The notes under the pieces: generated by a model
The model's input: the letters and a program-made list of their open reading frames with translations, nothing else
What the model was told of the DNA's origin: nothing
The model's database searches: none
Part shown: one piece after another, positions 15,901 through 24,096 of the stretch
How the letters are laid out: every line of letters begins with the position of its first letter
How positions within the stretch are numbered: the first letter of the stretch is position 1
Translations under genes and position numbers: made by a program
NCBI GenBank assembly: GCA_964468285.1
Contig: CAYYKG010000018.1
Coordinates: forward strand, 21,742-53,741
Direction: 5' to 3'
Source: an uncultured Syntrophorhabdus sp.
Lineage (GTDB): Bacteria; Desulfobacterota; Syntrophorhabdia; Syntrophorhabdales; Syntrophorhabdaceae
Length of the DNA: 32,000 nt

Positions 15901-16953
15901 GATGGCGGTGGTGTACGTCGTCGTCCCCGTGGAGCGGGTCAGCGTCGTGGTGTTGGGGGTGGAGGTGTAGTCGTAGGTGAAGGTTATCTGCTCCTGGTTG
16001 ACGGTGTCCCTGACGAAGCGGTAGTAGGTGGAGACCCTGCCGTTCGCGTCATAGGCCCAGTGGCCGATGAGGTTCGAGGAGGTGTCGTACTTGTCCGTCA
16101 TGCGGTGGCTGGAGTAGGCGTAGCTTAACGACCGGCTGTCGGGGTAGCTGACCTGGGTGAGGTCGCTGCTGGTATAGGTGTATGTCACCTGCTGGCTCTT
16201 CGGGTCGGTGACGGAGGATATCTTCGTCCCGCTGTACGCGATCGTGAGGCTCCTGCCGTAGTTGTCGGTGATGTCGGTGACAAGATCGCTCGTATACGTG
16301 AGGGTGAGGGAGTTCCCGCTGGGGTCGGTGATGCTTGTAAGCTTGCCGTCCGTTCCGAAGGTGTAGGTGAGGTTGGAGTCGCTCTTCCTCAGGACATACT
16401 GACCCGTGGAGATGATCTTCTTGAACCGGTGGCGCACCCCGGACTCCCCGTAGAAGCGCAGCTCGTCGGTGTACGTCTGGAAGATGCGGGAGAAGTAGAG
16501 GGCCCGACCGTCGGAGTCCATGACCTTGATCCGTACGGGTGTTGTCACACCCCCTATCGTCCAGTTCGTCACGACCGTGACGGACATGTTGTAGGTGTGC
16601 GTCCATCCGTAGCCCAGGGGACCGTCGGAGAGCATGCTGCTGTTGTAGGACCTTTTGAACTCGAGGGGAATGCCGGGGGTGGAGAAGGAGACGTCGAGGG
16701 CCTCCTCGTACTTCTGGCCCGTGCCCACGTTGACGGGGTTGGCGACGAACGGGGCGGGCACGCCCTCCCTTGTGCCCCCGGCGTTCAGGTCGGCTGCCTC
16801 GGACGAAGGGACGGGACCGGGCTGCGCAGAGAGGGCCGCATCCTCGCTATCCTGCACCAGGGGAGCGGCTTCACCGGGTACGTGCATCGTTATGGAGACA
16901 ACTGCCAGCAGCATACCGAAAATGCATATCCACGCTCCAATCATCATCTTCAC
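12904..16953 (-). CDS. Full-length Rhs/YD-repeat polymorphic toxin (1349 aa) with N-terminal hydrophobic leader and a papain-fold (PPPDE/DeSI-like) C-terminal domain
   Basis: Leader MKMMIGAWICIFGMLLAVVSITM. Rhs N-terminal region NPVNVGTGQKYEEALD. Dozens of YD repeats. Core end is RYYDPRTGRYLTPDPIGLEGG...NLFVYTNNSPMNRVDPKGL. The 134-aa tail (12907-13308) has ARHCFVRF...TLSF and YYLTMYNCCHCVATALENCGL...WPNRP, resembling the PPPDE His...NC-H order. Confidence 0.95.
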   Translation of the reverse strand: MKMMIGAWICIFGMLLAVVSITMHVPGEAAPLVQDSEDAALSAQPGPVPSSEAADLNAGGTREGVPAPFVANPVNVGTGQKYEEALDVSFSTPGIPLEFKRSYNSSMLSDGPLGYGWTHTYNMSVTVVTNWTIGGVTTPVRIKVMDSDGRALYFSRIFQTYTDELRFYGESGVRHRFKKIISTGQYVLRKSDSNLTYTFGTDGKLTSITDPSGNSLTLTYTSDLVTDITDNYGRSLTIAYSGTKISSVTDPKSQQVTYTYTSSDLTQVSYPDSRSLSYAYSSHRMTDKYDTSSNLIGHWAYDANGRVSTYYRFVRDTVNQEQITFTYDYTSTPNTTTLTRSTGTTTYTTAINDGIRLVTAVDGCGSTCGGSLHKSFTYDTRGTLTDVTRTSESQAYTTHYTYDAPTSFWDYVGEVTSMKEAYGLAEERETTYAYTHRTDDPFLLTERSETKPSVVSTGQSKVITTAYDTAGNVSSVTVTGYVLVDGSPVQRTYTTSYQYNALGQLAEINGPRTDVTDTTTLAYYANTAEEGNNRGRLYTITNALGQVTTFSNYDANGNAGTITAPDGVVTVHTYDQRNRLLTSTNQSTNGQIQYFYDGRGNLSYVIPPEGNRIDYTYNLADRLTGIQDNQGNKITYSYDVEGNRTREEVRDPGNVLKKYLDLTYDAYNNIYRIVNPDSTYTQYTYNERSERTAVRNPRDNTTSFTWDALDRARTMTRPGSNLTSYNYDTQDNPSSIVDPNTFTTQYAYDDFGRLNQVVSPDTGTTKYVHDPAGNVTQMTDARSTVVNYGYDALNRITSVQFPSDSTQNITFTYDSTSVTYGIGRLTGRTDPSGTYTFSYDAQGNMVREDKVVNSVSYTTQYTYNKNNILTSVTYPSGRVVSYTMDTVQRVSQVSMTTQGTPVTLASSITYMPFGGIASLTYGNSLSLTQTWDNQYRLSSITAGSVLSLSYGYDASGNVTSITDTIGSAPGQYIDSTTYAYESGTNRLTTITGTPTATLTHDANGNIITEGTRTFTYDLTNRLTAVTDNETEIASYVYDARNLRVKKATPAETRIFHYDVNGHLIAETDTAGNTLVEYVYLSDMPLATVRPTDTVYYFHTDHINTPRVMTNSAGTVAWQAAYHGFGHAEVDGASTITNNIRFPGQYFDAETNLHYNWNRYYDPRTGRYLTPDPIGLEGGIDPYVYADTVGKPLLNEPNLFVYTNNSPMNRVDPKGLFVEVGVRTFYPYAVPYARHCFVRFNGRNDDTLSFTNQGIGPDANPGAAKFSPTVGCGSDACVRREMRKCRAFDYYLTMYNCCHCVATALENCGLSKAGSWPNRPRDASKPPYKRNRLFTVPSSAPDMMGRHENN
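13482..14285. repeat. Master copy of the rhs core repeat (identical to 7381-8184; diverged copy at 9488-10090)
   Basis: Same comparison as for 7381-8184. Confidence 0.9.
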
Positions 16954-17068
16954 GGGCTAACCCCCTTCAGGTTTATGGGATTCGGTAGTAGGGATCGAAT
17001 CCTTCGGTTCTTGTGATCTCTCGTATCGGTTTCTTCTGTATCGAGTTGAGGCAACGCCTGTTCTGGTC

Positions 17069-17647
17069 TCATCTCATCCCCTGACCGCCAACGGTGATGT
17101 CACACGTCCCGGCACACCCTCCCCCGGCGTTCCTGTCCGTCATCTCGGTGGTTATCGGTGGATCAGGCTGCTGGGTCGGGGGAGAACCGGGGCCGCATAT
17201 GTAATACCAGTAATTGGTTTTTCTCCAATAGTTCTGTTCCGGATCCCATCCCGGGTCCCGGCAGTTTTTGCAGGTGAAACCACAGTTCGTCACTCCAGGG
17301 CAGAAATAAAAGCAACCAGAGGTCGAGCTACAGCACGGGGGACAATCTAAACACCAAGTACAGCCCCATTCCCAATACTCCAGATTACTGCAATAGGACG
17401 GTTTCGGGCTGGGGGCCGCCGCACATAATGCCTGTACTGCGGCATAATCCGCCTCCAAAGCGGCCACCGCACTGCCCCTGTCAGGGAAGACGAGGGTCGT
17501 GAACATCTCGTTGGCCAAACACTCGGCCAGAGATGAGCCGGGTGGATATCCCCACGTCAGTGCCCCACACGATGATGGAAATCCTGCAGAAACCGTCTGG
17601 ACTATCAGGAAAAAACCCAACGCGTACAGCAGAAGACTGACTCTCAC
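17069..17647 (-). CDS. Small secreted Cys-rich protein P4, NAGG-module family, directly upstream of the main rhs
   Basis: I chose GTG 17647 (GGAGGA 6 nt upstream), giving MRVSLLLYALGFFLIVQTVSA GFPSSCGALTWGYPPGS. Ends ITTEMTDRNAGGGCAGTCDITVGGQGMR. 17121-17175 is 54/55 identical to 3666-3720. Confidence 0.75.
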   Translation of the reverse strand: MRVSLLLYALGFFLIVQTVSAGFPSSCGALTWGYPPGSSLAECLANEMFTTLVFPDRGSAVAALEADYAAVQALCAAAPSPKPSYCSNLEYWEWGCTWCLDCPPCCSSTSGCFYFCPGVTNCGFTCKNCRDPGWDPEQNYWRKTNYWYYICGPGSPPTQQPDPPITTEMTDRNAGGGCAGTCDITVGGQGMR

Positions 17648-17915
17648 TGGCGTTCCTCCATGTAGATCGGTGGATGGAGTTTCCAATACCTTCTTCTGGG
17701 CATACCTACGTTATGGCCTTATGTCCGGGCAGCGTGATGGAATGTCAAAGATGATCTGGATGTCTTACTGTGTCTTACCACAGGCGTGAGGAATGTTGTC
17801 AAGCGTTTTTTTCATAATACTGCTATACTGATATATCACTTTACTTACGTTCTCCAAGAACTCCGTATGGTTATACTGACAGAGAATATTTTTCTTACAG
17901 TGTCCTCTACGTTCC

Positions 17916-18344
17916 TCATTCCCAGCTCGCGACATCCTTGTCTTCCCCTTCCCCGCCGGGCGAACCGTCCCTTCCATACGAGAACAAATCATATTCTCCA
18001 TGGGTGCCTGGAGCCTGATAATGGTAGGGTTTACCCCAGGGATCATTGGGAAGTGCCTTCTTGAGATAGGGTCCTTCCCAGTTCTCGATACCCGGGTTGG
18101 TGACGAGGGCATTGAGTCCCTCCTGCATCGAAGGATAACGTCCCACGTCAAGTCTGAAGTGGTCGAGGGTCTGGCCCAGAAGCTCTATCTGGGCCTTTGC
18201 AGCAGCCTGTTTCCCTTTGCCCAGCTTCGGGAACACCCGCGGCCCCACCAGGGCGACAAGCAGGCCGACGATCACCATCACGACAAGAAGCTCTATGAGC
18301 GTGAAGCCTCTTGTGTCCGAAGTCCTCGTTTGACTGCACGACAT
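17916..18344 (-). CDS. gspG: T2SS major pseudopilin GspG
   Basis: Prepilin motif RGFTLIELLVVMVIVGLL plus the GspG signature PNDPWGKPYHYQAPGTHGEYDLFSYGRDGSPGGEGEDKDVASWE. Confidence 0.95.
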   Translation of the reverse strand: MSCSQTRTSDTRGFTLIELLVVMVIVGLLVALVGPRVFPKLGKGKQAAAKAQIELLGQTLDHFRLDVGRYPSMQEGLNALVTNPGIENWEGPYLKKALPNDPWGKPYHYQAPGTHGEYDLFSYGRDGSPGGEGEDKDVASWE

Positions 18345-18661
18345 GTCATCCTCCAGTTAGTCATGTATTGTATCGATGCCTGTCAATGGATGATTAACCA
18401 GTGTGTTTCTTCTTCATTTCGCGGAGACTAAGATGGTGATCTGATAATTAGTACTGACATTGTATGACTTTTATTCTTGACAGTCCACCAAATATTGTTT
18501 AACTTCAAATTTACTTCGGGTGACAAACACCAGGATCGACAGAATACCTGAATAGAACGGCCGAAACAGCACAGCACTCAGTCGCGGGTCTCGGGGATGC
18601 TTTCTCTACTTCCGGGAAGGAAGCACAGATCCGCAGGCTGCCATTGATGTTCGGAGAGTCT

Positions 18662-20926
18662 ATGAAGAGGGTATGCAGTCTTCTCGCGATTCCCTGTCTT
18701 TTCCTGTTCCTCAGTCTTTCCCATGCCCAAGAGACAAAGCCGCTCCCCCAGACACCATCACAGCAGGTATCTGTCCCGATTCCCCGACAGCTGGAGAGAG
18801 GGGCATCGGAAAAGAATCCCGGACCGCACTCTGAAACCAGTATCCAGGATAAGGCCACACCACCTGTACAAGCCGCCCCCGCATCGAAGGAGGCCACCGG
18901 TTCAGGTCAGCAAGTCGGTGTCCAGCAACCCCAAACCCCGGTGTCCTCGAAGACGCAGGCATCGCTCCAGTCTTCCGCCGCAACACCGCCCCAGAAACCA
19001 CTCCGGAACGACAAGGCCCGTGCCCGCGCTAATGGTTCGATCAGTCTCAACTTCGATGATGCCGACGTCTACTCCGTCATCCAGACTATCTTCGGGGAGA
19101 TCCTCAGGGTTAACTACGTCATCGATCAGCGCGTGAAAGGTCGCGTGACATTCCGTTCCGTGGCCCCCGTCGCCAGGGAACAGGTCCTGCCGGTCATGGA
19201 GGTGATCCTGAGGCTCAACGGAGTGGGAATCGTCGAAGAGTCAGGTCTGTACAGGCTCGTGCCGATCGGCGATGTCTCGAGGGAACCAGCGGAGGTGACC
19301 CTGGGCAGAGACGCGGATTCCATTGTTGTGCAGGGGAAATCGATCATACAGGTCATCCCCCTGATGCACAGTCAGTCATCGGAGATCATCAGGCTGATCA
19401 CCCCTTTCATCACGACGAGCGCCGTGGTCGTCGACGTCTCAAGCATCAACCATATCATACTGGTCGACACGGACTCGAACGTCCGAAGGCTTCTCAGGCT
19501 CATCGACCTCTTCGATAATGAGCAGACAAAGAAAAAGAAACCGCGCGTCTATGTTTACCATGTCCAGAACAATAAGGCGAAGGACATAGCCAACATACTG
19601 CAGTACATCTTCTTCGGTTCCGGACATAGCACGCTGGCTGCCCCGGCAGCAGCATCACCTTCTCCTGCGACAAACTCCGCCTCGCCGTCCCGCCAGACGC
19701 CGGCTCCTTCCTCCCACCCGGTGATCGCAAGCACCGCGGCTGCGGGGTCCCGCACCATGGAAGGGCTCATATCCCCCATCACGAGGATCATGGCGGAGGA
19801 GAACCTCAATTCCCTCATCATCCTCGCCATACCCGAGGACTACGATGTCATCAAGGAGGCCGTGCAACGCGTCGACCTCATACCGAGGCAGGTCGTCATC
19901 GAAGGGGTGATCGCCGAGATAACCCTGAAGGATGACCTGAAGCTCGGCGTATCCTGGGCACTCCAGTTTTCACCCGGAGGCATGAATGGGGTCCTCGGGG
20001 CCGTCAAGGGAACGGTAGGATTCAATGTGCCCGGGGCAACGCCTACTGCAACGACGGGTAGCGGGACATTCACCTTCGCCGGGACCGTGGGGAGCGATTT
20101 CAAGACGGTGATCGACATGCTCGCCACCACATCGAAGGCAAAACTTCTTGCCGTGCCCCATGTCCTGGTCTCGGACAACAAGGAAGCACGCATCCAGGTC
20201 GGGGAACAGGTACCCATAGTGACGTCCGAGACGTTCGGCTCCAGCACGGTCGCTCCTCAGCGCACGATCCAGTACAAGGATATCGGCATCATCCTCAAGG
20301 TGAAGCCGCGCATAAACGAGGGAGGCCTTGTATCCCTCGATCTCTCCCAGGAGGTCTCCTCCTATGACACGATAAAGCTCTTCGACGGCGAAGAGAACAT
20401 CATCGTCAAGAAGACGGAGGCGACAACGAACCTCGTCGTTCAGGACGGGCAGACGATCCTGATCGGGGGGCTCATCAGGGAGGACATATCGTCAGCAAGG
20501 TCCGGCATCCCCTTTCTGAGCAAGATACCCGTCCTCGGCTACCTCTTCGGGTCCACGACCGATGAGAACCACCGCAAGGAACTCATCATCCTGCTCACGC
20601 CCCGGGTAATCAAGAGCCACGGCGACGCGCAGAGGACAACATCCGGCTACATCGACGACATAACGAGAACGGGCAAGGGCAAGATGAAGAAGGAAGAACT
20701 CATCAGGAGCTTCGGACCGACGGGAACAGGCATGGAAGTAAGGCCCGACGAGCCGCCTGTCGCCTCCAGGGAAAGCGATAAGGAACCGGGCGAGGAGACA
20801 GAGCAGGAAACGAAGGGCAACGGGAAGGTGCAGGAACCACCGGCGCAACAGCACCACGAAGGGACCAGGGAACTGCCACCGACGGCCCCTCAGACGTTGG
20901 AACAACCGGAGGGCAAGGCACCGTGA
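18662..20926 (+). CDS. gspD: T2SS secretin GspD
   Basis: ATG 18662 (GGAGAG upstream) gives signal peptide MKRVCSLLAIPCLFLFLSLSHA. N0-like SISLNFDDADVYSVIQTIFGEILRVNYVID. Secretin C-domain GQTILIGGLIRED..SGIPFLSKIPVLGYLFG....ELIILLTPRVI. Low-complexity P/S/T/Q N-linker and E/P/K C-tail. Confidence 0.95.
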   Translation: MKRVCSLLAIPCLFLFLSLSHAQETKPLPQTPSQQVSVPIPRQLERGASEKNPGPHSETSIQDKATPPVQAAPASKEATGSGQQVGVQQPQTPVSSKTQASLQSSAATPPQKPLRNDKARARANGSISLNFDDADVYSVIQTIFGEILRVNYVIDQRVKGRVTFRSVAPVAREQVLPVMEVILRLNGVGIVEESGLYRLVPIGDVSREPAEVTLGRDADSIVVQGKSIIQVIPLMHSQSSEIIRLITPFITTSAVVVDVSSINHIILVDTDSNVRRLLRLIDLFDNEQTKKKKPRVYVYHVQNNKAKDIANILQYIFFGSGHSTLAAPAAASPSPATNSASPSRQTPAPSSHPVIASTAAAGSRTMEGLISPITRIMAEENLNSLIILAIPEDYDVIKEAVQRVDLIPRQVVIEGVIAEITLKDDLKLGVSWALQFSPGGMNGVLGAVKGTVGFNVPGATPTATTGSGTFTFAGTVGSDFKTVIDMLATTSKAKLLAVPHVLVSDNKEARIQVGEQVPIVTSETFGSSTVAPQRTIQYKDIGIILKVKPRINEGGLVSLDLSQEVSSYDTIKLFDGEENIIVKKTEATTNLVVQDGQTILIGGLIREDISSARSGIPFLSKIPVLGYLFGSTTDENHRKELIILLTPRVIKSHGDAQRTTSGYIDDITRTGKGKMKKEELIRSFGPTGTGMEVRPDEPPVASRESDKEPGEETEQETKGNGKVQEPPAQQHHEGTRELPPTAPQTLEQPEGKAP

Positions 20927-22452
20927 ACGGCCGGACGGTCATACATCTCTCCCCGGAAGAATTCCCCAGGGTACCTCTCGTCCTGGACGGTATATCCATG
21001 CGATTCATCAAGGAGAACAGGATCATCCCCTTCGAGTGGAAGAACAACACGCTCAAGATCATCATGGCCGAGCCGCAAAACCACGAGGTCATCGATGCCC
21101 TGCGGGCCGTGGTGGGTGGCGATGTCCTGGTCCACAGCGGGGACCCCGCCACCATCAACGAGCACATATCACGCTTCTACAGCCAGGAACAGCAGAACCT
21201 GGACAGTATAATCGAGGGCATCGAGGGCGACAACCTGGAGTTCTTAAGCGACGCGGAGGAAGAGGATGTAGGCCACCTCAAGGACCTTGCCTCCGAGGCA
21301 CCCATCATCCGGCTCGTGAACCTCGTTATCACCCGCGCCGTCGAATCGAGGGCGAGCGACATCCACATCGAACCCTTCGAGGACGAGCTCAAGATCCGCT
21401 ACCGGATAGACGGGGTGTTGAGCGACGTGGAGGCGGCCCCGAAGAGACTCCAGGCCGCCATCGTATCGCGCCTCAAGATCATGGCGAAACTGAACATCGC
21501 CGAGCGCAGGCTCCCCCAGGACGGCAGGATGCGTCTTCGTGTCGGGGAGCGGGAGATCGATCTGAGGGTCTCCACGATACCCATCCTCCACGGCGAGAGC
21601 GTCGTCATGAGGATCCTCGACAGGGAAAGCGTCGTCATCGATCTCGATGCCCTCGGCTTTGCCCCCGACACCCTCGACAGGTTCAACGGCATCATCACGA
21701 GGCCCAACGGGATCTTCCTCGTCACGGGACCCACGGGGAGCGGCAAGACCACGACCCTGTATGGTGCCCTCGACAAGATCAACTCGCCGGGAAGGAAGAT
21801 CATCACCGTCGAGGACCCCGTGGAGTACCAGCTCAAGGGCGTCAACCAGATCCAGGTGAAGCCGCAGATAGGGCTCCATTTCGCGAACACCCTGAGGCAC
21901 ATCGTCCGGCAGGACCCGGACGTCATCATGATCGGAGAGATAAGAGACCTCGAGACGGCGGAGATCGCCATACAGGCGGCCCTTACGGGCCATCTCGTCT
22001 TCTCCACTCTCCACACGAACGACGCCCCAAGCGCCATCACGCGGCTTCTCGACATGGGCGTGGAGGCCTTCCTCCTGTCATCGACGGTGCGGGGCATCCT
22101 GGCGCAGAGGCTGCTCCGGGTCATCTGCCCCTCGTGCAGGAACGTTGACCCCGCCCCCGAGATCAGGCAGGGGCTCTCAGGTGCCGGCCTCTCCGAGGGG
22201 ACCACCCTGTACCGCGGCAAAGGGTGCGAGAGGTGTGGCCACACGGGGTTCATGGGCAGGGTTGGCGTCTTCGAGCTCCTCGTCGTCGATGACGGGATCC
22301 GCGGGCTCATTCTCAAGAGAGCGGACGAGAGGACGATCAGGGACGCAGCTCGCCGGGCCGGCATGAGGACACTCCTCGAGGACGGCATCCAGAAGGTCCG
22401 CACGGGAACGACCACCCTCGACGAGGTCTACAGGGTCACGAAGGAGGACTAA
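20923..22452 (+). CDS. gspE: T2SS ATPase GspE
   Basis: Walker A GPTGSGKTTTLY, Walker B/His-box region, tetracysteine CPSCR...CERCGHTG, and an N-terminal GspE-N-like domain. The GTG start overlaps the gspD stop (GTGA); ATG 20998 is an alternative. Confidence 0.95.
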   Translation: MNGRTVIHLSPEEFPRVPLVLDGISMRFIKENRIIPFEWKNNTLKIIMAEPQNHEVIDALRAVVGGDVLVHSGDPATINEHISRFYSQEQQNLDSIIEGIEGDNLEFLSDAEEEDVGHLKDLASEAPIIRLVNLVITRAVESRASDIHIEPFEDELKIRYRIDGVLSDVEAAPKRLQAAIVSRLKIMAKLNIAERRLPQDGRMRLRVGEREIDLRVSTIPILHGESVVMRILDRESVVIDLDALGFAPDTLDRFNGIITRPNGIFLVTGPTGSGKTTTLYGALDKINSPGRKIITVEDPVEYQLKGVNQIQVKPQIGLHFANTLRHIVRQDPDVIMIGEIRDLETAEIAIQAALTGHLVFSTLHTNDAPSAITRLLDMGVEAFLLSSTVRGILAQRLLRVICPSCRNVDPAPEIRQGLSGAGLSEGTTLYRGKGCERCGHTGFMGRVGVFELLVVDDGIRGLILKRADERTIRDAARRAGMRTLLEDGIQKVRTGTTTLDEVYRVTKED

Positions 22453-23646
22453 GTGGCCGTCTATTCATATACTGCCACGACGCTCGACGGCACCATCGTA
22501 CAAGGTGTTGTGGAGGCATCGGATGAGAGGGTCGCCCTTGAGCGCATCAAGGGGACCGGCGTCATACCGCTCAGGATCACAGTGCCCAGGGCAGGCCTCG
22601 GGAAGGCCCTCCGGGACAGGTCCCCGAGGGGAGACATCCTCACCTTCACCACCGAACTCTCCGCCCTCATCGGGGCGGGCCTGCCCATCGACCGGAGCCT
22701 CAACATTCTCGGCGAAATATCAGAGGGAAAGGCAATGAAGGGAGTCGTCCAGTCGGTCTTGAGGGACATCCGCGGGGGCAGTTCCTTCTCGGAGGCGCTG
22801 CAGAGGCACCCGAAGCTCTTCCCGAGACTCTATGTGAGCATGGTCAGGGCAGGCGAGACGGGCGGCGTCCTCGATGTCGTCCTCGACAAGCTCGGGGAGT
22901 TCCTGGAAACGGCAAAGGAACTCAAGGACAGCGTCTTCTCCGCCATGATCTATCCGATCATCCTCGCCGTCACCGGCGGCATCTCCATTGTCATCCTCCT
23001 TACCTTCGTCATCCCCAGGTTCTCCGTCATCTTCAGGGAACTGGGCGGAACCCTCCCCCTTTCGACTCAGGTCATCCTGGGGATGAGCAACGCGCTCAGG
23101 TCGTGGTGGTGGGTGGTCTTCCCCCTCATCGCCGCCGGCGTATTCGCCTTCGTTTCTTACGTCAGAACGGAGAAGGGCACGTACGTGTGGGACAGGATGA
23201 AACTCAGGTTCATCGGTGACGTGGTGAAAAAACTCGAGACGGCCCGTTTCTGCAGGACCCTGGGGACGCTCATAAGAAGCGGGGTACCCTTCCTCCAAGC
23301 CCTCCAGAACTCAAGGGATGTCATAGGCAACAGGATCGTTGCCGAATCCATCGGGGCCGTCACGAAGAACGTGCGGGAGGGCAAGGGAGTTGCCGGCCCC
23401 CTCATGGATGCGGGGGTCTTCCCCCAGCTTGCCCTGTCCATGATAAAGGTCGGGGAGGAGACGGGACAGCTCGACACCATGCTCCTCAGGGTGGCGGCCA
23501 CGTATGAGAAGGGACTGAGAGAGGCGGTGAAGAGGTTCATGGGTCTCCTGGAGCCGGCGATCATCCTCTTCATGGGGCTTGTCATCGCCTTCATCGTCAT
23601 CTCCATGCTCATTGCCGTCTTCAGCATACTGGAGCTGCCGTTTTGA
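22453..23646 (+). CDS. gspF: T2SS inner-membrane platform protein GspF
   Basis: 397 aa with two GspF-type repeats (LSALIGAGLPIDRSLNIL / LGTLIRSGVPFLQALQ) and three hydrophobic segments. Immediately follows gspE. Confidence 0.9.
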   Translation: MAVYSYTATTLDGTIVQGVVEASDERVALERIKGTGVIPLRITVPRAGLGKALRDRSPRGDILTFTTELSALIGAGLPIDRSLNILGEISEGKAMKGVVQSVLRDIRGGSSFSEALQRHPKLFPRLYVSMVRAGETGGVLDVVLDKLGEFLETAKELKDSVFSAMIYPIILAVTGGISIVILLTFVIPRFSVIFRELGGTLPLSTQVILGMSNALRSWWWVVFPLIAAGVFAFVSYVRTEKGTYVWDRMKLRFIGDVVKKLETARFCRTLGTLIRSGVPFLQALQNSRDVIGNRIVAESIGAVTKNVREGKGVAGPLMDAGVFPQLALSMIKVGEETGQLDTMLLRVAATYEKGLREAVKRFMGLLEPAIILFMGLVIAFIVISMLIAVFSILELPF

Positions 23647-24095
23647 GAGAGAAGGAAGGTTTCACGCTATTGGAACTGGTGATCGTTATGACCCTCATGG
23701 TCATCATGCTGGGTTTGTCGGGTGCTCAGTTCGCGAACCTTCTTCCATCGGTAAGGCTCAACTCCGCCGGACGGGAACTGTCGGGCCTCATCCGGATGGC
23801 CCGCGTGGAGGCCATGAGCAGCGGCGAGGAGCGCAAGGTCACCATCGACCTCGACGGAAGGCGGTACGGTTTCTCCGGCGGGCCCGTACGGACCCTTCCC
23901 GAGGATGTCGGCGTCAGGGTGCTTGACCCCCTTTCAGGCGAGACGACACGAGGAACATACCATATCGCGGCCGACCCTCTGGGCAGTGTCCGGTCATGCG
24001 AGGTGGTCCTGTGGAACAGGAAGAGGAGTTTGACGATAGCGGTCGATCCCGTCGTGGGGTCGACGGTATTGAAGGGTACCAGGGAAGGGCGTTAA
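23643..24095 (+). CDS. gspH: Minor pseudopilin, GspH-like
   Basis: Prepilin motif EGFTLLELVIVMTLMVIML. Size and operon position fit GspH. The TTG start overlaps the gspF stop (TTGA). Confidence 0.6.
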   Translation: MREKEGFTLLELVIVMTLMVIMLGLSGAQFANLLPSVRLNSAGRELSGLIRMARVEAMSSGEERKVTIDLDGRRYGFSGGPVRTLPEDVGVRVLDPLSGETTRGTYHIAADPLGSVRSCEVVLWNRKRSLTIAVDPVVGSTVLKGTREGR

Positions 24096-24096
24096 G

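Noticed and set aside
16978-17002. ggattcg-N11-cgaatcc hairpin containing GGATCGAATCC, reminiscent of a tRNA T-arm (possible tRNA or att remnant)
   Set aside because: No acceptor, D or anticodon arms can be drawn around it, and the stem/loop geometry does not fit a T-arm. It is probably just an intercistronic hairpin between P4 and rhs.
17743-17802. Two TTGACA hexamers on the minus strand upstream of P4 as candidate promoters for a P4-rhs transcript
   Set aside because: Neither has a convincing -10 element at 16-19 nt spacing, so I do not report them as features. Whether P4-rhs is read through from gspG or has its own promoter needs transcript data.
17765-18151. 128-aa minus-strand ORF overlapping the 3' half of gspG, and 18511-18897 overlapping the gspD 5' end
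   Set aside because: They overlap high-confidence genes in another frame or strand. No motif or RBS.
21036-22148. 370-aa alternate-frame ORF within gspE, plus minus-strand ORFs 21244-22014 and 21399-22415
   Set aside because: Extremely Arg/Pro/Gly-rich or Ser/Arg-rich translations overlapping a textbook GspE ATPase frame. These are compositional artefacts.
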